Source: Azolla caroliniana (lineage: Eukaryota; Plantae; Polypodiophyta). Taken from it: DNA of 64,000 bases. Within the stretch, counting starts at the first letter, position 1. The number at the start of each line of letters is the position of its first letter. Of the stretch, positions 25,229 to 36,825 are shown in pieces. A program made the position numbers and the translations under genes. The notes beneath the pieces are model-generated. The model was not told the DNA's origin, searched no databases, and saw only the letters and a program-made list of their open reading frames with translations. The DNA lies in the NCBI GenBank assembly GCA_043228905.1, contig JBHGNT010000015.1, positions 8,308,001 through 8,372,000 on the forward strand, in the 5' to 3' direction.

Positions 25229-25960
25229 CTACAAGTAGCACTTACCATGTTCTCTTGTAAAACAAACATGTATTTCGCGAAAACAGATCAATAAATTCGT
25301 TTGGAATCAATTTCTTGTATACAGTCTGCTTTCTGTGCTTCTTTCTCAATAAAATCATGTCTTTTTTGTTAAGTTTTAAGTTATAAGTTATAGCGAAATA
25401 GTCATCAGTAGCTAATTAGCTGTACAAATGCAGCTAATTAGCTGTACAAATGTATTTACAATAGTATGCCATGGAATTTGTAGCTACAAGTAGCACTTAC
25501 CATGTTCTCTTGTAAAACAAACATGTATTTCGCGAAAACAGATCAATAAATTCATTTGGAATCAATTTCTTGTATACAGTCTGCTTTCTGTGCTTCTTTC
25601 TCAATAAAATCATGTCTTTTTTGTTAAGTTTTAAGTTATAAGTTATAGCGAAATAGTCATCAGTAGCTAATTAGCTGTACAAATGCAGCTAATTAGCTGT
25701 ACAAATGTATTTACAATAGTATGCCATGGAATTTGTAGCTACAAGTAGCACTTACCATGTTCTCTTGTAAAACAAACATGTATTTCGCGAAAACAGATCA
25801 ATAAATTCGTTTGGAATCAATTTCTTGTATACAGTCTGCTTTCTGTGCTTCTTTCTCAATAAAATCATGTCTTTTTTGTTAAGTTTTAAGTTATAAGTTA
25901 TAGCGAAATAGTCATCAGTAGCTAATTAGCTGTACAAATGCAGCTAATTAGCTATACAAA
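25196..25960. repeat. 255-bp tandem triplication
   Basis: TGTATTTACAATAGTATGCC at 25196, 25451 and 25706; near-identical copies. Confidence 0.92.
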
Positions 25961-26244
25961 TGCAGCTAATTAGCTGTCAATAGCTAAATAGTCATCAATA
26001 GAATGAAATCAACAATCTGCAACATATTCCTCAAATTACACAGTAGATAAGTACAGTGGGAACAAGTAATTAAATTCTTCATTGAATAATGTCATCTCTT
26101 TACATATTTATAAATTACCATTGGAAATGTCTACAAATCTCCTATAAACAGCTAAGCTCTTGCTAGTCAGTGGAACGAGTCTACATATATTATCCGCATA
26201 TTGAGCTCGGTATGGAGTCCACAACCATGCACCTAGTTGGCAGC

Positions 26245-29200
26245 TCACTGTTTGCACCTTGCTTCTAGGACCCAATGCGCAAGTGTGTCCTCCTCCGACA
26301 ACCTTCCCATCGCCTCAGCAGCTAATTGCACATCAGCCGTTTCTTGAACTAGCTTTTCAAGTACAGAGGGATCTGTTTGGACATTTTCAGTAGTTGGGCT
26401 TGGTGGGGTGGAATCAAGGTCTTGAGACTCGAAGAAATGTTGCATCAAGTGTTCATAAACACTGTTGTTGTGAACCTCAGTTTTACATGTTGTTTCCACT
26501 ATTTCATGGCATTTCACATCGTTGCCTAATTCAGTACACTGTTCCAAAAGAATAGGGTGCAGCTGATCTGAAGGAGATGTGATAGCAGGACTCTTACTTT
26601 CAGCCACATTGGCAGTAGTATCCTCATCTGTTGCAGCATCATCAGCACCAGACACATCATGTGCCGTCCTTAATCCACAAGATTCTACAATAACATGACA
26701 GTTATTTAGGATAGCTAATTAGCTACTTTACTAAACTATGGTAGAAGCTAGGATAGCTAATTAGCTAGTACGATAGCTAATTAGCTAGTATGATAGCTAA
26801 TTAGGTACTTTACTCAACTATGGTAGTAGTTAGGATAGCTAATTAGGTACTTTACTCAACTATGGTAGTAGTTAGGATAGCTTATTAGCTACTAGGACAG
26901 CTAATTAGCTGCCAGTAGCTAATTAGCTACTAGGATAGCTAATTCGCTAGGATAGCTAATTCGCTAGTAGGATAGCTAATTAGTTGCCAGCAGCTAATTA
27001 GCTAGTAGGATAGCTAATTAGCTACTAGGATAGCTAATTAGTTGCCAGTAGCTAATTAGCTAGTAGGATAGCTAATTAGGTACTTTACTCAACTATGGTA
27101 GTAGCTAATTAGCTAGTAGGATAGCTAATTAGGTACTTTACTCAACTATGGTAGTAGCTAATTAGCTAGTAGGATAGCTAATTAGGTACTTTACTCAACT
27201 ATGGTAGTAGCTAATTAGCTAGTAGGATAGCTAATTAGCTGCTAGGATTAGCTGCTAGTAGCTAATTAGCTACTAGGATAGCTTATTAGCTACTTTACAC
27301 AACTATGGCAGTAGCTAATTAGTTACTAGGATAGCTAATTAGTTGCCAGTGGCTAATTAGCTAGTAGGATACCTAATTAGCTTTTTTACACAACTATAGT
27401 ACTAGCTAATTAGCTAGTACCATAGCTAATTACCTACTAGGATAGCTAATTAGCTAGTAGGATAGCTTATTAGCTACTTTACACAACTATAGTAGTAGCT
27501 AGGATAGCTAATTAGCTACTATGGTAGCTAATTAGCTACTTTACTCAACTATGGTAGTAGCTAGGATAGCTAATTAGCTACTTTACTAACTATGGTAGTA
27601 GCTAGGATAGCTAATTAGCTACTTTACTAACTATGGTGGTAGCTAGGATAGCTAATTAGCTACAATGAAAGCTAATTAGCTACTTTCTCAACTATGTAGT
27701 AGCTAGGATAGCTTATTAGCTACTAGGACAGCTAATTAGCTGCCAGTAGCTAATTAGCTACTAGGATAGCTTATTAGCTACTTTACACAACTATGTCAGT
27801 AGCTAATTAGCTACTATGATAGCTAATTAGCTAGTAGGATAGCTAATTAGCTAGTAGGATAGCTAATTAGTTGCCAGTAGCTAATTAGCTAGTAGGATAG
27901 CTAATTAGCTATTTTACACAACTATGCTACTAGCTAATTAGCTAGTACCATAGCTAACTAGCTACTAGGATAGCTTATTAGCTACTTTACACAACTATGT
28001 CAGTAGCTAATTAGCTAGTAGGATAGCTAATTAGCTTTTTTACACAACTATGGTACTAGCTAATTAGCTAGTACCATAGCTAACTAGCTACTAGGATAGC
28101 TTATTAGCTACTTTACACAACTATGGCAGTAGCTAATTAGTTACTAGGATAGCTAATTAGTTGCCAGTGGCTAATTAGCTAGTAGGATAGCTATTTAGCT
28201 TTTTTACACAACTATGGTACTAGCTAATTAGCTAGTACCATAGCTAATTAGCTACTAGGATAGCTAATTAGCTAGTAGCTCATTAGCTGCCAGTAGCTAA
28301 TTAGCTAGTAGGATAGCTAATTAGAAAAGACTAAGCTTATTAGCTACAGTATGGTATACCTGTTTGTTTTCTCCACTCATTTGGTAGAGTTGTACTGCAA
28401 TCTCCCAAACAGAATGCAACAATTCGACAGGCATGTTGAAAACAAAGCAGATGGTATGTGTGGTTGCCTGGTTGTAGGTGAACCAACAAAGACGCAGTTT
28501 TGTCCTCCACACCTAACCCGCAAGCGATGCAACGTGCTTGAACTGTCAATAAATCATTTTCTGGTTCTACTTCATTTGGTAAGGGAGCAAGAATGTTCAG
28601 GTCCAAATCCTGTCTGGTCCTTACCATTCCCTCCACAAAATGTAGCTTCTTCTTAAGGCAGCTAACTACCTGTTCTTGATGAATGTATTGTTCCTTCAAC
28701 GCAACAGAGAAATTTACCGATTAATTATTCTTGTTGTTGAAAGATACACCAACTTTGCTCAGGAATCGTTAACTTACTTGAAGCTTATCCAAATTGTAAT
28801 CTGCAACAGTATTTACACCTAGAAGGTCCAGGTTCATTGAAAGAACCTGGATCTCTATTTGCAGTTCTATTTTACGCTGGGGATCCAGTGGCCCCTCTAA
28901 TTCAAGCTCCTGTTGCGCAACCTATTCCAGATAATGCTTGATTAGCACATTTTACCCGTTATTTATAACACAATCACATACCAGCAAAACAATAGTTACC
29001 TGAATCTTATTTCTAATTGTTGTAACAGCAGAAGTAACTTTGCTCTCCATTGCAGAAGCCATTGTGGCTTTCTCTAAATCAGTCTTAAAAAATGCCAATG
29101 TCTCACAGGCTTCATGGACATTTTTTAGCATATAGCTAACCAATGTCTCACCTGTATCATCGACATTGGCTTTCCTTGGGTGTCGGTGTGGTGTATGCCC

Positions 29201-30026
29201 CCGGTCTTGCTGGGAGTCGGCAGTTGCATCAACAGCTGCCATGCTCCAAAATCTGTCTATTTTTTGTGCCAAGGTCCCCATCTTTCGGCATCTTTTTACC
29301 GATGCCTCACCATAGACTGCCCAAGCTACCCTATACATTTCAGGGTCTCTAGATTCCTTCGTTGTTTTGCAGTACTCATATGCAAATGCTCTAGCAAATG
29401 AAACTGACAACTCATTGTTGACTGGGATCTCCTGATGAACTTTCTGGTGCAGTCTCATGCAGTCATCGTACAAGTCGGCTCGTACATGCTTCAGCTTGAC
29501 CTTGCCTTTGACTCTAGGCACTGTATATACTGTCATCCAGTCTATATCACTGATCAATTTATCACTTAGGACAGCAGGGTCAACACCCTCGAGTGACAGA
29601 CCATAGGTGTTGTGGAAGTCCTCCTTTGTCTCGCAAAATTTTGCGAAGTTTAGCACTCTCGTATACGGAGGAACGAGCCATCTGAAATATCATTTCAGAA
29701 ATCAGAAATAGTGCAAAATCAGAATATGTGAGAATCAAAAACCCCAATCAACAACAACAAAAATGGTGCAAAATCTTTAACTTAGCAAATCAGAAACCCT
29801 AATCATAATTTGTAATCAAATTTCTAATTTGTAATCAAAATTTGTAACCAAAAACCCTATTCAGAAATTCTAATCAGAAATTTATAATCAAAAACCCTAA
29901 TCAGAAATTTCAATCACAAACCCTAATCAGAAATTTCAATCACAAACCCTAATCACTAAAGACAGGATTAAACACAAAAAAAGTAATATAAACACACCTG
30001 TTGCTACTCCCCGATTTGCGAGACAT
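26245..30026 (-). CDS. Spliced transposon accessory gene, about 542 aa, coiled coil plus RING-like finger
   Basis: Exons 30026-29998, 29681-29000, 28921-28778, 28693-28360 and 26684-26245 all have GT-AG borders and join in frame; CIAC..HTYHLLC..CLGDC motif. Confidence 0.7.
26705..28325. repeat. Second AGCTAATTAGCT palindrome array (intron 4 of the RING-like gene)
   Basis: Dozens of TAGCTAATTAGCTA cores with GTAGGA / CTTTACACAACTATGG spacers. Confidence 0.95.
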
Positions 30027-30885
30027 CCTTGTATGGGACTCCAAGGACTTCGCCCTATTCGATTTTGGGGAAATATGAATCGGCACCAAAGTTCAGACAG
30101 TAGTCAAAAAGAAAAAACAAATGTTTGGGGTTTCTGTAACTGAAACATACCTGGACGATGATCGAGCGGGTTCTGTGTTGTAGCTCTCAATCTGCAATGT
30201 CGATTTTTTGCTGTTGCGGGAGCTACGTCTGCGTTCGTGCTCTGAGTAATCCATCTGCGTTCAAAATCAGACTTAGGCTAAACAGGAAATTGATGACATT
30301 GAAGTCGACCTTAGATGATGGTGATATTCCCCAAGTTCCACTACGTCTGAAACAGAAGTTCAAATATTTGAGTTTTTTCATAAATTAGTTTTTCAAATAT
30401 TTGATTTTCCCACAAGAAAGACTAGCTAAACAAATAGCTAATTAGCTATGGCCATTTTAGTAGCTAATTAGCTATAATAGTGTTTCCACTCGCATGCTTT
30501 TACCCAGAGATCATCACGTCGGAAGGCTGCTGTCGTAGACACCGGTGGTGCGGGCTAGGCTTTCGTCTCGACGATCGTGTTTATCTCTTCCAAGGTATTA
30601 GTCATCCTAATATCCGGCGGTATGGGACGTCGGTGGTAGGTTGGCTATGTCTAGATCATCATAGCTCGGGGGTGGTCGGGTGGAACGGGTTCTTCTATCC
30701 AATCTATTTTCTTCCTTTTTACTTTATTTGGTCTATTGATTAGTAATAGACTCTTAACAACTGGGATGACAAACGATCCGAAACCGAGGAAGAACCGATG
30801 GGCGGGGAATGAAGGCTGGACCGGTTTTCTCCGTCCCAACTCAATTTGGCGCATGCCGGTGGATGCGCGGTTAGGTGGGGGCGGA

Positions 30886-31519
30886 TGTCGTGAAGAAAAC
30901 CGTCCACAAGCGGAATCGGTCCACCGGAGCGTAGGAACCGGCTCTTCATGCACGCACGCCTAATGTTGTACATAAGAAGATCCTAGGTAGGTAGATTCGG
31001 TAGGTAGGAAGTTAATGGGAAACGGCTCCTTCCTTGCCTATAAAAGGAGGGAGACGAGGAGGGGGGAAGGATCGGCGGATAGGGAGGACGAAGTGTTGTC
31101 GGATTGTCGACCGAAGGCTTCTCTCTCTCTCCCAAACTCCGTAGCGTCTTTCTATGCAGGTTTTCGGGAGGCTCGCGCTGCTCTGAGGAATGCCCGAGTG
31201 CTTCCGACAGCACCTCCAACCTACTCCTTTCCTTCTGAGCGTTTGCGAACAAGCATCAGCATCTGTTCGCCGGCCTGTTCGGTTGTAACCGACTTCGTGC
31301 TTCTTGTTGTTTGTCTCTGTTAATATATACTTACATACCTTTGCGCCTCTCTGTGTTGTTTTCCCCCCCCGCTCGCGTCTTCGTGTCGAAGGGTCGTGTC
31401 CCTGTGGATCTACGCTCGCACGTAGTAGGTCCCTTTCCTTCTCCTTTCCCTATTGCTCTTCGGTACAAGACCCCTGAGGTCCCGCCTCATTCCACGCATC
31501 CGCGAGGAATACCTCGACA
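30886..31519 (+). repeat. Gypsy A 3' LTR
   Basis: TGTCGTGAAG...CTCGACA; repeat of 8324-8971. Confidence 0.92.
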
Positions 31520-32164
31520 ACGTTGTCATGAAGAAAACCGGCTCTTACACAGATGGACGCGTGAATTGATATTTTGATATTGATTCATAAATGGATCGGC
31601 TGATGTAAATACTAAGTAGTACACATTTATTAGGGGATTGTGTGTATCTCTGTCAGAAGAGATAGGGAATAAAGCGATTTGACTAGGGAAGAAGGGCACC
31701 CCCTTTTGGGAACTATTTAAGGAGAGAAGGAAGAGAAATCATGGCGCGTTGGCGAGGACGAAGTGCTACTGCAGAACCGAGTGCCGAGCTCTCTCTCCTC
31801 CGATCGTCGTTCTCTGCGGGTATCGGGAGTTCGCTGCCTTTGCTTCGTGGACAGCCCGTGTGCTTCCAGTAGAGTCTCTCTCCTCCCCCTTTCCCCTTTT
31901 GTTTCTTCGAGTCGTGTGGCTATCGTCGGTGTGCATGAGTAGGACCCCGTGTCGGGTCCTTTACCGGGTTGCTGGTTGTAAGCTAGTGACTATAGTAATC
32001 GGATTACTATTTTCCTTGCTCTTAATCTCTCTCTGTGTACTTGCGTCTCTCTCTCTCTCCTTGGTTCGAGACCCCTGTGGTCCCGCCTCTTTCTACACGC
32101 ACGCGTGTAACAACGCGACATATTTGGTGAACCCGACGTGAACAAGCAGCAAAGGAGTCGAAAG

Positions 32165-33772
32165 ATGAGGGGATCGGAGCTAGCAGAGGCAATGGCGGTA
32201 GCCGTCGACCGGATGGTAAGCGCTCGTGAGGGGATGGGTACCCTCGACAGAGCCATCGAATCGATCGTCGGCACTATAGGCCGGTTCGGAGGGAAAGACG
32301 CCACAAGTTATTTGGAGGCTTACAGGGCCGAAATGATCATGAGGGATATCCCGGTGGACAGGCGGCTGTCCGGATTTTCTCGGGTGGTAATGCCGAGCAT
32401 CCATGCGGAGGTGCTTGAGGTGCTGGCCGGATGCCAGACTTGGGAGGAGTTCGAGTTGCGACTCCTTGAGAGGTACGGGTTTGACGACTCGCTTCGGCTG
32501 TCGAGGCGGGACTTCATGGCATGGGTGGAAAGCGCCGGAAAAGGGAGGAACACGTCGGTGCTCCTCCAGGAGTTCGAAAAATGGTTCGCACGGCTGTCGA
32601 TGCTGCACCGGACAGTGCTCGAAACGAGTCGAGTACTACTATTTGTCAAGTCGGTGGACATGCTCGACAGGGAAAAGGTGGGTCCCCTATTGGAAACGGA
32701 CGAAGGGCTCATGACAGACTGGGCCGTGGTAAAACGGGTTTGCAGCTGTTTCGACAAACGGCGCGATTGGAGCGACGGAAGCTCGTCGGGGTCAGGGCCG
32801 GTCCCGGGGAGGAGGCTCGAGGAGCCAGTATCGGTGCCGGCCAGTAGGAAGGAAGAGACCCGAATCTGGCTAGAGTTGGGGTCGGCATCGAATGACGTGG
32901 TCAGAGGCCCATCCGGAGGAGCGGCTCTAGAGGAGCGGACACAAATGGTGCGCGACTTGAAGATTGCACAAGACCGGAGAGACAGCGGGGAACAACCTCG
33001 CGACCGGAGGCCGTCGGTTGGGCAGCGGTGCATGTGGTGTGACGCGATCGGTCGCATTCGGAAGGATTACGCAGATTTCGCCGACGCGCTCAGGACGAAC
33101 GTGGTGTACCTTTGGAACGGGCGGGTGCACGCAAGCGAGACCCGGAGAGCCCTAGAACTAAATACGGGACGCGACGGAATGAAGAGGTTGATGGAAGAGG
33201 CCGCGGCACGGCACGTTGAAGCCGTTAACTACTCAGTATCGGCGGGAATTCGGGTCGGGGGTGATGAGACCCGGAAGGCGAAGGACTCCGGATTCTGGCC
33301 ACTAGTGCTAGAAGGCCTCTCCGGAGTTTGGCTAAAGAAGGAAGAGGCGGACCGCACGGAACAGTGGGTCCAGGAGGTCACCGGTTGGGACGATCCGGTC
33401 GAAGAGAAAACGGGCTTCGTAGAAGCCGCTTGCCAAAACTACGAGGTTCTGGTGGAAGACAAATAGGCAGGAAAGGCCGGAGCGGTCCGTCCCCCGCTGA
33501 GGTATGAGACCCGGTTCGGACCGAAGCCAACCAGTGCCGGCAACCCAGGCGCGCTGGACAGAAAGAAACAGGCGGGGTTTCGGTTGAGCACCGAAATCAA
33601 AAGGACCATAGACCTGCGAAAGTTCCTGGAGACCAAGGTGTTGGACAATGGTTCGGCCTATGCAAGAGTCATGAGCCAAGACGGGCGTCACTCAGTCCAA
33701 TTCCTGATGGTGCGACCAAACCATGAGCGTAACCGCGAGACCCTCGGTGGTGAAACCCGAGGGGATTTTTAG
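32165..33772 (+). pseudogene. gag: Gypsy B gag; about 0.5-kb deletion removes the protease near 33628
   Basis: Colinear with A gag; DLRKFL joins directly to ETKVLDNG, skipping the ALVDHGSEIN region present in A. Confidence 0.85.
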
Positions 33773-34149
33773 AGAGGGCTATCAAGGCGTGGGGCCGTGA
33801 TAGTCCGGACACCCCGGAAAAACCCCACAAATGTGCAGTAGGGAAGAAGACATGTACCATAGGTAGGAAATTTTGGTTCTCCGAAAACGGAGGTTGTACT
33901 ATAGCCGGCGTCAGCGGCCGGGAGAGGAAACGAGCGAAGGAGCGGTTCAAGGGATGTGGAGTCCTCTCCCCCGACGAAGAAATCAACGGCGCCGTGGAGG
34001 CGGTCTCTTTTGATGACACCTTGGGCGAGTTGCGAAAGGTGATCGATGAAGAACTTAGAGAACACCGGACTGTTTCGGTTGGTTCGATGGGAATGTACGA
34101 AGTCATTGCGGACTTCGGGGAAAGGATCGGGTAGGATTGGACGGCCCGC

Positions 34150-36330
34150 GTGGATACCAAGTACAAGACTGTGGACCGGAAGGTGAGGCCAGTTGCGGCA
34201 CCCTTTCCGGAGGGCAGCGAGGAGCGGATAAAAGGGGTCGCGTCGGACCCGAGTTTACGGAATCCGGCTGGTATAGGGCACCAGCTCACCGACATAACGC
34301 TACGGGAGCTCAAGGTCGGTGGGGCTGGCTTTCTACCACCGGCGGAGGAGAACAGGTTTCGAAGAATGCTCGAAAAGCATGGGAAAACCAGAAGAGATCG
34401 GGTGCGTGGACCCGACGATCGTCGAGCCGATGGTGATCTTCACGGTACCGCATGTATCGTGGAATCTCAAACCGATTCCGGTGCCGAGAGCTCACATCCC
34501 GAAGTTGATGGGGCTTCTGAAGCAAAAGGTGGAGATGGGCATCCTCGAACCGTCGAGTGCCCCGTATTCGAATCGGTGGTTTACGGTGCCGAAGAAGAAC
34601 GGCACGCTACACTTCATTCAGGACCTGCAACCGGTCAACAAGGTGACCATCCGTAACGCAGGAATCGGATCGACCATAGACGAGTTCGCGGAGGCCTTCG
34701 CTGGAAGGTCGATCTATTCGGTTGGTGACTTATACTCGGGGTACGACCAATTCCAGCTAGTCGTGGAAAGCAGGGATATCACGACGATGCGAACTCCTCT
34801 AGGCCTAGTACGGATGTGTACCCTACCACAAGGCGGGACGAATTCGGTGGCGCATATGGTGAACGCAATGAACAAGGTGCTGAGGGACTGCATCCCGGAC
34901 ATCACCATGCCATTCTTGGACGACATCCCGATAAAGGGGTGTCCGGTGGATGACGCGGACAAGACTGTCGGGCCAGACGGATGCCGGAGGTTCGTCGTGA
35001 ACCACATCAACGACTGCGAGAAGGTGCTGCAGAGGCTCAAAAACGCACGACTCACCTTCTCCGGAGAAAAATCGGCATTTAGACAATCGGAGATCTTGGT
35101 GGTCGGACACCTGTGCGGGCCCCTACGATAGGAAACCGTCTCCGGCAAAGGTAGAGGCCATCTCCGCAATGAGGGACGATTGCGGGTCGGTCACGGAGGT
35201 CTGCACATTCTTGGGGGCGTGTGTGTTCTACCACATCTGGATTCCACACTACGCGCATGTTGCGGAGCCGCTCTACGGGCTATTGAAGAAAGAGCATGGG
35301 TTCGAGTGGAGGACGGAGCACACGGAGTTGGTCCGGATACTAAAGGAGGCGCTTACGGTAGCGTTGGCCCTCCGTAAAGCAGTTTACGGCAAGGGTGTCC
35401 CCATTTGCGTGACGGTGGACACGAGCCCGACCGGGATCGGGTGGGTAATCAGTCAGGAGGACAAGGACGGCGTACGATTCCCAATCCGGTTCGGGGCGAA
35501 GGTATTGAGCAAGCGGCAGCGAGGGTATGCCCAAGTTAAGCGCGAGCTTTGGGGTATCGTTTCGGCAGTCAAGGCCGACAAGGACTATCTGATCGGAACG
35601 GAGGTGATCATCGAGACAGATTGCCTACCGATACTCAGCATGGTTTCCGGATGCGCGACACCGGACCTAGCAATGCTCCGATGGATAGCGTACATTAAGT
35701 CCCTGAACCCGGAGATACGGCACATCTCCGGAAAGGACAACGCCATGGCCAACATGCTTTCCAGAGCGAGGTTCAATGACGAAGACGACATGGTTTCGGA
35801 TGACGAAGAAGTCGGCGAGGACTTCTTCGGGTCGGCTAACGTAACGACGAGGAAAAGGGATACTCCGGCGCTTAACGAATTTGACGAAAGCAGGTACGAC
35901 GGGGAGTGGCTCTAAATCGGGAGGTTCCTACGGACGATGACGCCGGGTGCAACATGGACGAGAGAAGAGGCGACCGGGTACGGAAGAAGGCGTACCGATT
36001 CTTCCTGCGGGACGAGTGCATATGGAGGCCCCCAAAGAAGAGAAACGACATCCCGCTCCGAGTAGTGGCAAAGAAAGAAGAACAGGAGGAACTACTGGTA
36101 GCATTTCACGAGAGTTCCTGGGCCGGGCATCGCGGAACGTGGGCCACGTTCGAGAAGCTGAAGGAGAGGTACTGGTGGCCGGGGCTGTACCAGGACGTGC
36201 ATTGGTTCGTAACAACTTGTAAAAGTTGTCAGATGCACTCCGTAGTCTGACATCGGGACGAGCTACACCCGACTTACCCGCCTGCGGTCCATTTCAAGTG
36301 GATGGTGGACTTGGTGACGATGCCGATGGG
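34150..36330 (+). pseudogene. pol: Gypsy B pol (RT, RNase H, integrase N-terminus)
   Basis: LPQGGTNS..PFLDDIPIKG; VDTSP..ETDC; GHRGTWATF..CKSC. Confidence 0.9.
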
Positions 36331-36825
36331 TGTCAGGAATAGTACTAAGCAGAGATGGAATTAGTACTAAAGAAGAGCAGTACTATTAGTACTAAGAGGA
36401 CGGGACTACATAAGACTCCCGAGAGAGAGAGAGAAAGAGAGAAGCGAAAGGAGAGATAGCGAGGATGAGAGAGAGAGAGAGAGAGATGATGATGACAGCC
36501 AATATATTATGTGAAGGATAAGTACAAAATGGCTAAAAGGCTTAAGACTGGCGTTGAACCAATTTGGTTCAACATAATGCCTAGTGCCCTCTTTTATAGT
36601 GTTCTGAGGAATAATCCTGAAGCTTCTAGAATGTTCCAGAGAGATCTGGAATATACATCAATTTTCTATGATAAAGTATAAGTGAAAATAATATCCTACG
36701 TATTACAATTCATAGTCTAATGGTAAGAGCTCGACCCATGTAGCATAAGGTCCTGGGTTCGAGTCTTGCCATATCATGACACTATCTCCCCCTTAAAGAC
36801 GACGAGTGGAATGAGTCGGCGCTGA

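Larger units (their letters stand above)
21457..30505 (+). mobile_element. 9.05-kb TIR DNA transposon, Sola2-like, probably non-autonomous
   Basis: 25-bp TIRs GGGTGAAAGCATGCGAGTGGAAACA / TGTTTCCACTCGCATGCTTTTACCC; 4-bp TSD AGAG confirmed against the empty site in the 5' LTR (CATAGAGATCAT); superfamily inferred from GRG termini, TSD length and transposase motif. Confidence 0.88.
14589..30759 (+). mobile_element. Chromovirus (Ty3/Gypsy) F, iMet PBS; 3' LTR split by a DNA transposon
   Basis: 5' LTR 14589-15062; PBS TGGTATCAGAGC 15064-15075; PPT GAAGTAGGGGAG; 3' LTR 21230-21456 plus 30510-30759; TSD ACTGG (14584-14588, 30760-30764). Confidence 0.94.
8324..31519 (+). mobile_element. Gypsy element A (non-chromovirus, tRNA-Trp PBS), interrupted at 14589-30759
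   Basis: LTRs 8324-8971 and 30886-31519; PBS TGGTGAACCCGACGTGA; PPT-like TTAGGTGGGGGCGGA; flanks ATGT/ACGT (4-bp TSD with one C>T). Confidence 0.92.

Noticed and set aside
26160-26290. HWVL motif suggesting a Ulp1 protease
   Set aside because: No in-frame Asp/Cys catalytic motifs follow before the stop
36706-36781. Functional tRNA gene
   Set aside because: A/B boxes are present but there is no convincing acceptor or anticodon stem; reported only as a tRNA-like LTR motif
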